In this document: one piece after another, positions 40,140-48,778 of the stretch
Numbering within the stretch: the first letter of the stretch is position 1
Layout of the letters: each line of letters opens with the position of its first letter
DNA from: Candidatus Parcubacteria bacterium
Lineage (GTDB): Bacteria > Patescibacteriota > Minisyncoccia > Phycocordibacterales > Zambryskibacteraceae
Length of the DNA: 54,810 nucleotides
Direction: 5' to 3'
Assembly (NCBI GenBank): GCA_019661785.1
Contig: JAIFWP010000002.1
Span: 105,059-159,868, forward strand
Position numbers and translations under genes: made by a program
Notes under the pieces: model-generated
Databases searched by the model: none
What the model saw: only the letters and a program-made list of their open reading frames with translations
What the model was told of the DNA's origin: nothing

Positions 40140-41414
40140 ATGTTCGGCACCTTCATACAGAAAATGCGTCTCGTCTTCGGAGACCCGGTGCTGCGCGGCA
40201 GGATACTCATGACCGTTGGCATCCTCATCCTCGCGAGAGTCCTCGCGGTTTTTCCCATACCTGGCATCAACTCGGCTGCGCTCGCGAGCCTCTTCACTGG
40301 CAACCAGTTCCTCTCGCTTTTGAACATCTTTTCTGGCGGCGGACTATCCTCGCTCTCCATAGTCATGCTTGGAGTGAGCCCTTACATCACGGCTTCTATC
40401 ATCATGCAGCTCCTCACTCTCATGGTCCCAAGGTTGAAGGAGATGTACCAAGAGGAGGGTGATGCCGGACGACGCAAGTTCGCCCAGTACTCGCGCCTCC
40501 TCACTGTGCCTTTGGCACTCCTGCAGGGTTATGCCTTCCTCACTCTCTTCCAGAGACAGGGAGTTTTGCCGTCACTCACTCTCTCGACTTTGGCTCTCGA
40601 CATGGTCCTCATCACTGCAGGCTCGCTCCTCATGGTCTGGCTCGGTGAGATCATCACGGAGTTTGGCGTTGGCAATGGTATCTCCCTCATCATTTTCGCC
40701 GGCATAGTCAGCCGCTTGCCTGGCACCTTGGGCCAACTCATATTCACCTTCGACCCATCGCAGCTCCCGACCTACATTGGCATGCTCGTGCTTATTATCC
40801 TCGTAATCGTGGGCGTTGTCATTGTCACAGAGGCCGAGCGTCCTATACCTATCACTTATGCCAAGCAGATGCGGGGAGGCTCCGTCTCAGGAGGCATGAC
40901 TAGCTACTTGCCTCTACGATTAAACCAGGCTGGAGTTATCCCTATCATATTCGCTCTCTCGGTGCTCCTTTTCCCACAGATGATATTGCAGTTCCTCGGC
41001 AATTCGTCGAACGTCTCTGTAGCTCACACATCGGCTACTCTCCTCGGCTACCTTACCAATGTCTGGTTCTATGACATTGCTTACTTCCTCTTGGTCTTCG
41101 TCTTCACATACTTCTATACTGCAGTGACCTTCGACCCAGACCAGATGGCCGAGAACTTGCAGAAGTCGGGAGCCTTCGTCTCTGGCGTCCGTCCTGGCGA
41201 GCCGACCGCAGCCTATGTGTCCAAGGTCCTTACAAGACTCACTCTGATAGGAGCTCTGTTCTTGGGTGCCATAGCAGTCTTGCCGCTTGTACTCCGCTCC
41301 GTCACTGGCCAGCAGTCGCTAGCTATCGGCGGTACTGCTCTCCTCATCGCCGTCACTGTGGTCATCGACCTAGTGAAGAAGATAGACGCTCAAATTACCG
41401 CCCAGCAATACTAG
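40140..41414 (+). CDS. secY: Preprotein translocase subunit SecY
   Basis: 424 aa with 10 TM segments. The blocks IPGIN, LGVSPYITASIIMQLL and GISLIIFAGI are present. Confidence 0.97.
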   Translation: MFGTFIQKMRLVFGDPVLRGRILMTVGILILARVLAVFPIPGINSAALASLFTGNQFLSLLNIFSGGGLSSLSIVMLGVSPYITASIIMQLLTLMVPRLKEMYQEEGDAGRRKFAQYSRLLTVPLALLQGYAFLTLFQRQGVLPSLTLSTLALDMVLITAGSLLMVWLGEIITEFGVGNGISLIIFAGIVSRLPGTLGQLIFTFDPSQLPTYIGMLVLIILVIVGVVIVTEAERPIPITYAKQMRGGSVSGGMTSYLPLRLNQAGVIPIIFALSVLLFPQMILQFLGNSSNVSVAHTSATLLGYLTNVWFYDIAYFLLVFVFTYFYTAVTFDPDQMAENLQKSGAFVSGVRPGEPTAAYVSKVLTRLTLIGALFLGAIAVLPLVLRSVTGQQSLAIGGTALLIAVTVVIDLVKKIDAQITAQQY

Positions 41415-41427
41415 GTATAATGGAGCG

Positions 41428-42027
41428 ATGCTCCATACAGTAATCTTTATTGGCCGCTCGGGTTGCGGCAAGGGTACGCAGGCCGACCTCTTGAAGGAGC
41501 GCATCACGCGCCTCGACCCCGAGAAGCGCAAGATACTCTATGTCGAGACGGGAGACAGATTCCGCAAGTTCATCCGAGGCAAGACCTACTCCTCAAAGCT
41601 CTCTGAGAAGATATATGAAGAGGACGCCAGGCAGCCCGACTTCCTCGCTGGGCTTATGTGGGGTAGTATGCTCCTCGAGGAGTTAGGAGAGGACATGCAC
41701 ATAGTCTTCGACGGTGTAGCCCGCTCAGAGCCCGAGGCCAAGCTCCTCACTACGGCCTTAGAGTTCTACAAGCGCGAGAGGCCAACGATAATACACATAG
41801 AGGTGAGCCGCAGGTGGAGCGAAGACAAACTCTTGAAGCGCGGACGCTCTGACGATGTGAATATATCTAAGATAGACAAGCGCCTGGACTGGTTCGACAA
41901 GGACGTAGTGCCAGCGCTCGACTACCTGCGCGCCAATCCTATGTACAGAGTGCTGGATGTGAATGGCGAGCAGACCATCGACGAAGTGCACCGAGAGATA
42001 ATATCCAAATACGACTATGGCAATTAA
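41428..42027 (+). CDS. adk: Adenylate kinase-family nucleoside monophosphate kinase (copy 1)
   Basis: 199 aa. It has P-loop IFIGRSGCGKGTQ, FDGVARSEPEAK, and a short lid with RGRSDD. Confidence 0.85.
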   Translation: MLHTVIFIGRSGCGKGTQADLLKERITRLDPEKRKILYVETGDRFRKFIRGKTYSSKLSEKIYEEDARQPDFLAGLMWGSMLLEELGEDMHIVFDGVARSEPEAKLLTTALEFYKRERPTIIHIEVSRRWSEDKLLKRGRSDDVNISKIDKRLDWFDKDVVPALDYLRANPMYRVLDVNGEQTIDEVHREIISKYDYGN

Positions 42028-42592
42028 TACATTCATCTTCATGGGACGCCCCGGCGCAGGCAAGGGTGTGCAGTCCGCGCTACTCTCGGAGGAGATGGGT
42101 TTTCCTATATTTTCTACTGGCGACAAGGTCCGTTCTATAGCTAAGGCCGAACATACTCTAGGCAAGAAGGTTAAAGAGGTATCAGAGTCCGGAGGCCTCA
42201 CTCCGCACTGGTTTGCTTCCTTCCTCTTCCAAGAGGCGCTCTTTGCCAAGGGGGAAGGTGAGGGGATTATATTTGAGGGTGTGGGGCGTAAGGAACCTGA
42301 GGCTAAGCTCTTCGCCGAGATTAATGAATGGCTCGATAACGACTTCCGAGTTCTCTATCTCAATGCCTCAGAGGAGACTATTACCAAAAGACTCATAAAG
42401 CGTGGAGAGCTTGAGGGCCGAGCCGACGACACGCCAGAGAAGATTAAGGTGAGGCTAGAAAATTTCAATAAAGAGACACAACCTGCACTTGAGTACCTCC
42501 GCTCTATCGGCAAAGTCATCGACATAGACGGTGAGCCTCTACCAGACGCAGTGCATGCAGAAGTGATGGAGAAACTCAAGCCGTTACTATGA
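42017..42592 (+). CDS. Adenylate kinase-family nucleoside monophosphate kinase (copy 2, tandem paralog)
   Basis: 191 aa. It has P-loop IFMGRPGAGKGVQ, FEGVGRKEPEAK and GRADD. It overlaps copy 1 by 11 nt. Confidence 0.85.
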   Translation: MAINTFIFMGRPGAGKGVQSALLSEEMGFPIFSTGDKVRSIAKAEHTLGKKVKEVSESGGLTPHWFASFLFQEALFAKGEGEGIIFEGVGRKEPEAKLFAEINEWLDNDFRVLYLNASEETITKRLIKRGELEGRADDTPEKIKVRLENFNKETQPALEYLRSIGKVIDIDGEPLPDAVHAEVMEKLKPLL

Positions 42593-43356
42593 TTAAACTA
42601 AAGACCAAAGACGACATACAGACCATGCGCGAGGGCGGTCAGAGACACGCTGAGATACTCCGCGCCCTCGCCGAGATGGTTACTCCTGGCATGTCGACTC
42701 TCGTGCTTGAGGAGGAGGCCTTGAGACTCATTAAGGCCCACGGCGACAAGCCCGCGCATCTTAACTACACTCCGGCCGGCGCCTTGCGCCCCTTCCCAGC
42801 GGTGCTTTGCATATCGGTTAATGACGAGATAGTGCACGGGATACCAAACGAGCCTGAAAAGATATTAAACCAAGGCGACATAGTGGCTATCGACCTCTCC
42901 ATAGAGCACAACGGTCTCATCACCGACTCGGCCATCACAGTGCCGGTCGGAGCTATAGACGACGAGTCGAGACGGCTTCTTGATGTGACCAAGCGAGCTC
43001 TCGATGCCGGTATCAAGGCCGCAAGGCCCGGCAAACATATTGGCGACATCGGCGCGGCGATATCTAGAGTTGTGGACGAGTCTGGCTTCTCGCTCGCGGA
43101 GGACTTGGCAGGACATGGAGTAGGATATGAGCTCCATGAGGAGCCCTTCGTGCCAAACGTAGGCATCTTCGGTGAGGGAGAGGAGCTAGTGCCAGGCATG
43201 GTCATCGCCATAGAGCCAATGGTAAATGTCGGCGGGCCGGAAATTGCTGACACAGGCGACGGCTACACCATAGTCACCGCCGATGGCTCCCGCGCCGCCC
43301 ATTTCGAACACACGGTGGCAATAACAGAGGAAGGAAATATTGTTTTGACCCGCTAG
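42589..43356 (+). CDS. map: Methionine aminopeptidase type I
   Basis: 255 aa. The metal-ligand blocks HGIP, DIVAIDLS, GHGVG and IEPM are present. Confidence 0.95.
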   Translation: MIKLKTKDDIQTMREGGQRHAEILRALAEMVTPGMSTLVLEEEALRLIKAHGDKPAHLNYTPAGALRPFPAVLCISVNDEIVHGIPNEPEKILNQGDIVAIDLSIEHNGLITDSAITVPVGAIDDESRRLLDVTKRALDAGIKAARPGKHIGDIGAAISRVVDESGFSLAEDLAGHGVGYELHEEPFVPNVGIFGEGEELVPGMVIAIEPMVNVGGPEIADTGDGYTIVTADGSRAAHFEHTVAITEEGNIVLTR

Positions 43357-43398
43357 GGCTTTGTGATAAGGTGGGGACAGATTAACCCAGAGGTTCCT

Positions 43399-43575
43399 AT
43401 GTGGCCCATGCGAGTCAAGAGCACGATGGCAGCTCCGTCGGAGGAATGCCTGAGCAAGAACCAAGTCATGCTCGCAGCTGAAGGGCAGACGGATGCTTCA
43501 GTCCGAGATCACCTCAAGAAGTGCAGCACATGCAAGGCCTCGGTCGAAGAACGTTTACAAGCGCTGGATGAATAA
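43399..43575 (+). CDS. Stand-alone zf-HC2 (anti-sigma-factor-type zinc finger) mini-protein, 58 aa
   Basis: I chose the ATG at 43399 with SD GAGGT 4 nt upstream. ...VRDHLKKCSTCKASVEE matches H-x3-C-x2-C. Terminator hairpin 43560-43594 overlaps the stop. Confidence 0.5.
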   Translation: MWPMRVKSTMAAPSEECLSKNQVMLAAEGQTDASVRDHLKKCSTCKASVEERLQALDE

Positions 43576-43594
43576 TCCAGCGCTTCCCTTTTAT
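43560..43594 (+). terminator. Rho-independent terminator
   Basis: AGCGCTGGAT/ATCCAGCGCT followed by TCCCTTTTAT. Confidence 0.65.
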
Positions 43595-43630
43595 ACAAAC
43601 TTTCGTTATACTCATCTTTTAATTAACTTT

Positions 43631-44236
43631 ATGGCACATCCGAAGAAGGAGAGGACATTCGTAGCAGTGAAGCCTGACGGCATCCAGAGAGGTCTCATAG
43701 GAGAGATGATAAAGCGTCTTGAGAACGTGGGGTTGAAGCTCGTGGCTATGAAGATGCTCACTGTCGATATACCTCACGTAGAGAAGCACTACACCCTCGA
43801 CCCAGAGTGGAGAAGGGTAACAGGGGAGAAGACCATCGCCGGCTATAAGTCCAAAGGCCTCACTCCGCCGTCCGAAGACCCATTTGAGATTACAGGCAAG
43901 ATATTGAAGAACCTCACCACCTACATGACGAGCGGACCTGTCATAGCTATGGTCTGGGAGGGCGCGCACGCGGTGAAGTTGGTACGCAAGCTCGTTGGCG
44001 GCACTGAGCCTCTCACCTCTGACGTGGGTACTATCCGCGGAGACTACGTTCTCGACTCTTACGCTATGTCTGACCAGGACGGCAGGGCAGTGAGGAACCT
44101 CATACACGCTTCCGGCTCGCTCGAGGATGCCGCTAAGGAGATACCGCACTGGTTCAAGCAGGATGAGATTACGAGCTACAGACTTGTCCAGGACGAAATA
44201 TTGTACGACGCAAGCCTAGACAACATCTTGGAATAA
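43631..44236 (+). CDS. ndk: Nucleoside diphosphate kinase (long form, with an internal insertion)
   Basis: I chose the ATG at 43631. ERTFVAVKPDGIQRGLIGE..., GTIRGDY and N.IHASGS are NDK blocks. At 201 aa it is longer than the usual ~140-150. Confidence 0.88.
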   Translation: MAHPKKERTFVAVKPDGIQRGLIGEMIKRLENVGLKLVAMKMLTVDIPHVEKHYTLDPEWRRVTGEKTIAGYKSKGLTPPSEDPFEITGKILKNLTTYMTSGPVIAMVWEGAHAVKLVRKLVGGTEPLTSDVGTIRGDYVLDSYAMSDQDGRAVRNLIHASGSLEDAAKEIPHWFKQDEITSYRLVQDEILYDASLDNILE

Positions 44237-44334
44237 GTCTGTAACGGACTTTTCTTTAATTCATATTTTGGATTTCTGTGGACAAGTCCCCAGGCTGAGC
44301 TTTTCTTCTTTTCTGGCCGCTCTATAATGACGTC

Positions 44335-44492
44335 AGGGTTATCTGAGGTATTATCTAGCTAACTAATATCAAGGGAGCTCGAATTGTTCCGATCCTTGGA
44401 TTGTGAACTGAGAGCACCCACCTAGTTTTCGAACTAGGGAATACCAAGGTAACCCTTCGCAAGCCCCTCACTTATGTGAGGGTTTCGCGTTA
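44335..44492 (+). ncRNA. Candidate structured RNA (orphan sRNA or cis-leader of the 44510 gene)
   Basis: It follows TATAAT at 44323-44328 and contains no ORF. P1 CCTTGG(44394)/CCAAGG(44444) encloses a 7-bp UUCG-tetraloop hairpin at 44421-44438. The unit ends in terminator CCCTCAC-TTAT-GTGAGGG plus TTTCGCGTT (44465-44491). Confidence 0.35.
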
Positions 44493-44509
44493 TAATCGTC
44501 ATATACTCT

Positions 44510-44908
44510 ATGAGCCGACGCCTGCTAATACTGACCTTCATCTCTGTCATCGTCGTTGGCGCCTTGCACAGGATAGGCAGCGCGTTCTATCTATATTGGG
44601 ATGTAGTTTGGTTCGATGGACTGGTGCACTATGTGGGAGCTCTCTCTGTCGGCTTCCTGTTCCTCTGGGTGTGGTACGTTTCGGGCCTCTTTGGCCGCTC
44701 GACTCCTTCGCGCAAAGAGGTTTTCATATCATCACTCATAGCCGTCATGGCTGTGGCCTTGGGGTGGGAGTTCTTTGAGTATTCATATGGCATTGCTGTG
44801 TCGAACGCTAACAACTATGTTCTCGATACTTTCCACGATGTCGTCTTCGACTTTCTCGGCGCTCTCACAGTAGGCCTTGTCGGCAGGGTTAGGAGCTTCT
44901 ATGAGTAA
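44510..44908 (+). CDS. Polytopic membrane protein, hypothetical
   Basis: 132 aa with four hydrophobic segments. I recognise no family. Confidence 0.6.
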   Translation: MSRRLLILTFISVIVVGALHRIGSAFYLYWDVVWFDGLVHYVGALSVGFLFLWVWYVSGLFGRSTPSRKEVFISSLIAVMAVALGWEFFEYSYGIAVSNANNYVLDTFHDVVFDFLGALTVGLVGRVRSFYE

Positions 44909-46208
44909 ACCAACTCTGACTTGCTGGGGTGGAGTGGGCTCAGTCACCGGAGCCAACTTTCTTTTGGAGATTAGCCCCTCGCAAGAGCTCGGGACAACCA
45001 AGAAAATCTTGGTTGACTGCGGGCTCGAGCAAGGAGAGGGAGCAAGTCAGGACCAAAACACTTTTCCGTATGACCCGGCTTCTATCGACTTGCTCTTTAT
45101 TACTCACGCGCACATAGACCACATCGGCCGCGTACACAGACTTGTTGCCCAAGGCTTCAAAGGGGTTATATATTCCACGGCGGAGACCAAGGAGATTTCT
45201 GAGCTTATGCTGAGAGACTTGGTGCACATCTCAGGCGAGGAGGACCACATGGTCGACGAGGCGTTGAAGCTCTGGCAGACCCTTCCATACCATGAGCCGA
45301 AGGCTTTCGGCTCTTTTACTCTTGAGTTACTGAATGCCGGACACATCTTGGGCTCGGCTATGTATAAATTTACCTTTGAGAGTGGCAAGTCGATGCTCTT
45401 TACCGGTGACTTGGGCAACTCCTCTACGCCTCTTTTGCCAAAGACCGACACCGTCGATGGGCTCACGTACTTGCTCATGGACTCAGTCTACGGAGACAGG
45501 AACCACGAGAGCACTGATGAGCGGGATATGAAGTTCAAACAGGTTTTGAAGGAGAGTATCGCTAGGGGAGGCACCATCCTTATACCAATATTCTCACTCG
45601 AGCGTACTCAGGTCATCCTCTATGAGCTCGGCAAGCTGGTCGATGCTAAGGAGATCCCCTCGGTGCCAGTCTTCCTCGACTCGCCGCTTGCTATCCGTGT
45701 GACAGAAGTCTACGAAAGAGTTTATGGCAAAGATAAATTCACCTTCCCCAAGCTCGTTGAGACAGCGCGCGTGCAGGATGCTAGCGAGATAGGCAGGGTC
45801 AAGGGGGCGAAGATCATTCTCGCTGGCTCGGGCATGTCTACTGCCGGACGCATCGTGCGCCACGAGGAGCATTACTTGCCCGACCCAACGACTACTATCC
45901 TCTTTGTCGGCTATCAAGCTCCTGGGACTCTGGGCCGCATGATATCCGAGGGCATGAAGGAGGTAATGATAGAGGGCGCCAAGGTCAAAGTGTTGGCGCA
46001 TGTGGAGGCTATTGACGGCTTCTCCGCGCACAAGGACTCTGACCACTTGGTAGAGTTCGTCTCGAGCACGGCCGAGACGCTTAAGGATGTTTTTATAACG
46101 ATGGGCGAGCCCAAGTCCTCGACCTTCCTGGCTCAGCGCCTCCGCGACGAGTTAGATGTCGAATCTATATTGCCCGAGAGAGGCAAGACCTACGAACTCG
46201 ACCTTTGA
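44901..46208 (+). CDS. MBL-fold / beta-CASP metallo-hydrolase (RNase J / CPSF-like RNA-metabolising family)
   Basis: I chose the ATG at 44901 with SD AGGAG 5 nt upstream. HAHIDHIGR is the HxHxDH motif, and GH..GS, DS.YGDR and a C-terminal SAH block are present. Confidence 0.82.
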   Translation: MSKPTLTCWGGVGSVTGANFLLEISPSQELGTTKKILVDCGLEQGEGASQDQNTFPYDPASIDLLFITHAHIDHIGRVHRLVAQGFKGVIYSTAETKEISELMLRDLVHISGEEDHMVDEALKLWQTLPYHEPKAFGSFTLELLNAGHILGSAMYKFTFESGKSMLFTGDLGNSSTPLLPKTDTVDGLTYLLMDSVYGDRNHESTDERDMKFKQVLKESIARGGTILIPIFSLERTQVILYELGKLVDAKEIPSVPVFLDSPLAIRVTEVYERVYGKDKFTFPKLVETARVQDASEIGRVKGAKIILAGSGMSTAGRIVRHEEHYLPDPTTTILFVGYQAPGTLGRMISEGMKEVMIEGAKVKVLAHVEAIDGFSAHKDSDHLVEFVSSTAETLKDVFITMGEPKSSTFLAQRLRDELDVESILPERGKTYELDL

Positions 46209-46217
46209 TAGACCTGA

Positions 46218-46562
46218 TTATTTAACCGATTCTACGACCTTTTTGAAAATAGATGGAGATGTCTCGGCGAGTTCGGCGAGTATCTTGCGGTCTAGATTGA
46301 CGCCCTTCTTCTTAAGCATATCTATGAACCTGGAGTAAGAGAGGCCGAGAGGCTTTACTGCCGAGGATATGCGGACATTCCAAAGTCTCCTGAAGTCACC
46401 CTTCTTGTCGCGTCTGTGAGCGAAGGAGTACGAACCAGCGTGGAAGATAGCCTCGTTTGCCTGGCGTTCCTTAGTAGAGCGACCGAAGCGGTAACCCTTC
46501 ACCTTCCTCAATATGTTCTTTCTGGATTTGAGAGCGTTAACGCCCTTCTTGACTCTGGTCAT
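46218..46562 (-). CDS. rplT: 50S ribosomal protein L20
   Basis: 114 aa. The L20 blocks MTRVKKGVNALKSRKNILR, AHRRDKK and LNRKILAELA are present. Confidence 0.96.
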   Translation of the reverse strand: MTRVKKGVNALKSRKNILRKVKGYRFGRSTKERQANEAIFHAGSYSFAHRRDKKGDFRRLWNVRISSAVKPLGLSYSRFIDMLKKKGVNLDRKILAELAETSPSIFKKVVESVK

Positions 46563-46566
46563 AGGA

Positions 46567-46758
46567 TTACATGTTTACTAGGAAGCGGCTGCGCTCCTTG
46601 TTGCTCATATGGAACTCGCTGTTGCGGCCCTTGGCGCCCTTCTGGGAGCTGTTCTCCTTGCTGTTGAAGTGGTTTTGGCCAGTCTTACGCACGAGGAGTT
46701 TGCCCCTTTTGGTGACTTTGACGCGCTTTAGGAAGCTCTTATTGGTCTTCATCGACAT
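46567..46758 (-). CDS. rpmI: 50S ribosomal protein L35
   Basis: 63 aa. MSMKTNKSFLKRVKVTKRGKLL...GQNHF is an L35 pattern. A TTTACA-N16-TAATAT promoter lies immediately upstream on the minus strand. Confidence 0.93.
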   Translation of the reverse strand: MSMKTNKSFLKRVKVTKRGKLLVRKTGQNHFNSKENSSQKGAKGRNSEFHMSNKERSRFLVNM

Positions 46759-46798
46759 AGGGCTCTATATTACCTGAATTCGGGCTTTTGTAAAGGGT

Positions 46799-46827
46799 AT
46801 GAAAAAGCGGCGTCTTGCGACGCCGCT
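46799..46827 (-). terminator. Rho-independent terminator of the HD-domain gene
   Basis: On the minus strand, AGCGGCGTCGCAAGACGCCGCT is followed by TTTTTC. Confidence 0.75.
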
Positions 46828-46832
46828 CGGTT

Positions 46833-47438
46833 CTAGAGCTTGGCTTCTAGGGCCTTGAGCTCCTCTTCGATCTTGAGCTTCAGGACGAGAACATCATCGA
46901 TGAGGCGAGGACTGACCTTTTCGATGAGGGGCAGGTAATACTTCCTGGTCTCCTCGATCTTGCGCCGCTGCTTCTCGACAGTGCAACCATCGAGAGTCCT
47001 CACGTTGTGGAGACGGTCACAGAACTTAAGAAGGATGGCCCAGTCTCCGCCTGCGACAATCCGCTCGACAGTTGACTCGACCGACTCGCCGTCGCGCTTG
47101 GTGAGAGCGGAGACAAGGCCTTCCACACGTTCGCCCCAGATGTGGGGGATGTCCTCGATTTCGATGAGCCAGTGATCCTCTGGCACGTCGTGAAGGATCA
47201 TGGCGACAATCAGGTCCGGATCAAGGATATCGAGCTCGTCGATCAGGATGAGCACCGTGGCACGCGGATGCTCGAAGTAGCGTCCGCCGCCTTCACGTGT
47301 CTGACTGCGATGACCCTCCTTTGCCTGCTTGTAGGCAAAGCGAATCTTCCATAGATCGTGTGGCCGCATCTTATGGCGAAGACGCCAGAAAAATGTTGCC
47401 CGGTTCTCGACGGGTACAACAACTGCCGTGGTTGTCAT
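46833..47438 (-). CDS. HD-domain protein resembling the RelA/SpoT (p)ppGpp-hydrolase domain (small-alarmone-hydrolase-like)
   Basis: 201 aa. YFEHPRATVLILIDEL...IVAMILHDVPEDHW carries the HD motif in the SpoT-hydrolase arrangement, followed later by LLKFCDRLHNVRTL. SD-like AAGGGGA lies 5 nt upstream. Confidence 0.7.
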   Translation of the reverse strand: MTTTAVVVPVENRATFFWRLRHKMRPHDLWKIRFAYKQAKEGHRSQTREGGGRYFEHPRATVLILIDELDILDPDLIVAMILHDVPEDHWLIEIEDIPHIWGERVEGLVSALTKRDGESVESTVERIVAGGDWAILLKFCDRLHNVRTLDGCTVEKQRRKIEETRKYYLPLIEKVSPRLIDDVLVLKLKIEEELKALEAKL

Positions 47439-47493
47439 GAGGATCCCCTTCGTTTGGGTCTACAAAGAAAATAGCACAAAAAGTAGGTCCTGT

Positions 47494-48000
47494 CTAGGCT
47501 CGTTCGATAATGGCGCTCATGCCCTTAGGGCTCCTCGTAGGAGGGGCAGCTATCTTGTGGGGGACAGTTACCAGCTTTAAGATGCGCTCTAGGCGCTCTC
47601 TTAAGAACTTCTCATCAAGATATTTGGCGCGTCCGGGCAAAAATAGGTTCAACTGGACTCTGTTGCCCTCGGCTAGCCACTCGCTGGCCTTCTTCGCCTT
47701 GAGGCCCAGGTCATGGTCTCCGGTACCAAGCTTCACTTGGACGGCTTTGACCTCTACGGAGTGGGCTTTCTTCTTGGCGTCCTTCTCCTTCTTCTGCTCG
47801 GCATACATGTACTTGCCTAGGTCGGTGATCTTGGCTACAGGAGGGTTAGCATTGGCCGATATCTCGATGAGGTCGAGGTCGAATTCATGCGCTTTCTTGA
47901 GGGCATCCTCTAGAGTGAGGACTCCGAAATTTTCTCCTGCTGGTCCAATGACGCGTACTTCCTTGGCTTTGATGGCGTGATTCGTGCGGGGTGTTAGCAA
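47494..48000 (-). CDS. infC: Translation initiation factor IF-3
   Basis: 168 aa. INHAIKAKEVRVIGPAGENFGVL..., DLDLIEIS and the C-domain block are present. The ORF opens with TTG at 48000, and non-AUG starts are classical for infC. Confidence 0.93.
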   Translation of the reverse strand: MLTPRTNHAIKAKEVRVIGPAGENFGVLTLEDALKKAHEFDLDLIEISANANPPVAKITDLGKYMYAEQKKEKDAKKKAHSVEVKAVQVKLGTGDHDLGLKAKKASEWLAEGNRVQLNLFLPGRAKYLDEKFLRERLERILKLVTVPHKIAAPPTRSPKGMSAIIERA

Positions 48001-48043
48001 GTCTGTTCTAAGGTTATTTAAGTGAGTATATACTATATAGACA

Positions 48044-48499
48044 ATGAATTACAAGCATATCTTACCTAGCCTTGAGGAGGTTATCCAAGCTAGGAAGCCT
48101 TTAAGGAACGCCAACCGCGAGCACCAAGAGTCCTTGACCTGGTCCGAGCGCTTTGCAGTCTTCATACACAGGAAGGTGGGGAGCTTGGGCTTCTTCCTCC
48201 TCCTCATCACATGGACAGCCGCTTGGCTCGGGTGGAATATTTTTGGTCCTTTGGACATGCGCTTCGACCCAGCACCGGCCTTCGTGATATGGCTCTTCGC
48301 CTCTAACATCATCCAGTTGAGCCTCCTCCCAGTTATCATGTTAGGACAGAACGTCGAAGGCCGTGCAGCTGAGAAGCGTTCTCAAAACGACTTTGAGATA
48401 AACGAGCGCGCTGAGGAAGAGATAAAGGTCATCATAGGACATCTAGAGAACCAGAACGAGCTTCTACTCGAGGCTCTGAAGAAGATTGAGAGGAGCTAG
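48044..48499 (+). CDS. DUF1003-like membrane protein
   Basis: 151 aa with two TM helices and a C-terminal coiled region. LLPVIMLGQNVEG...ERAEEE is similar to the DUF1003 family. This is a moderate call. Confidence 0.6.
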   Translation: MNYKHILPSLEEVIQARKPLRNANREHQESLTWSERFAVFIHRKVGSLGFFLLLITWTAAWLGWNIFGPLDMRFDPAPAFVIWLFASNIIQLSLLPVIMLGQNVEGRAAEKRSQNDFEINERAEEEIKVIIGHLENQNELLLEALKKIERS

Positions 48500-48600
48500 T
48501 TTCGCCTCCCTTTTAACACAGGCATAAAGGATTACTGTTCACGTCCGTTAGCATATGCGAGGGGGTATCCCCCTAGTTAGAAGTTTAGTTCACAACATCT

Positions 48601-48747
48601 ATGGCAAATCGATCAGGCGGTAACTCTTCAAGGAGTAACGGCAACAGGAATTCTCAGTCTTCCTCTTCTCGCGGCAATGGGAGCAGAGGTGGCAGCAAGA
48701 GCTCAGGTCGCGGACGAGGCAACTCGAGCGGCAGCGACTCTCGCTAG
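48601..48747 (+). CDS. Micro-ORF, 48 aa, low-complexity Ser/Gly/Arg/Asn-rich (RG/RGG-like)
   Basis: This ORF is not in the ORF track. It reads MANRSGGNSSRSNGNRNSQSSSSRGNGSRGGSKSSGRGRGNSSGSDSR. The terminator at 48779-48803 follows. There is no SD. Confidence 0.35.
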   Translation: MANRSGGNSSRSNGNRNSQSSSSRGNGSRGGSKSSGRGRGNSSGSDSR

Positions 48748-48778
48748 CTCTTAGCGCATAACGCCAAAGCAACACAAG

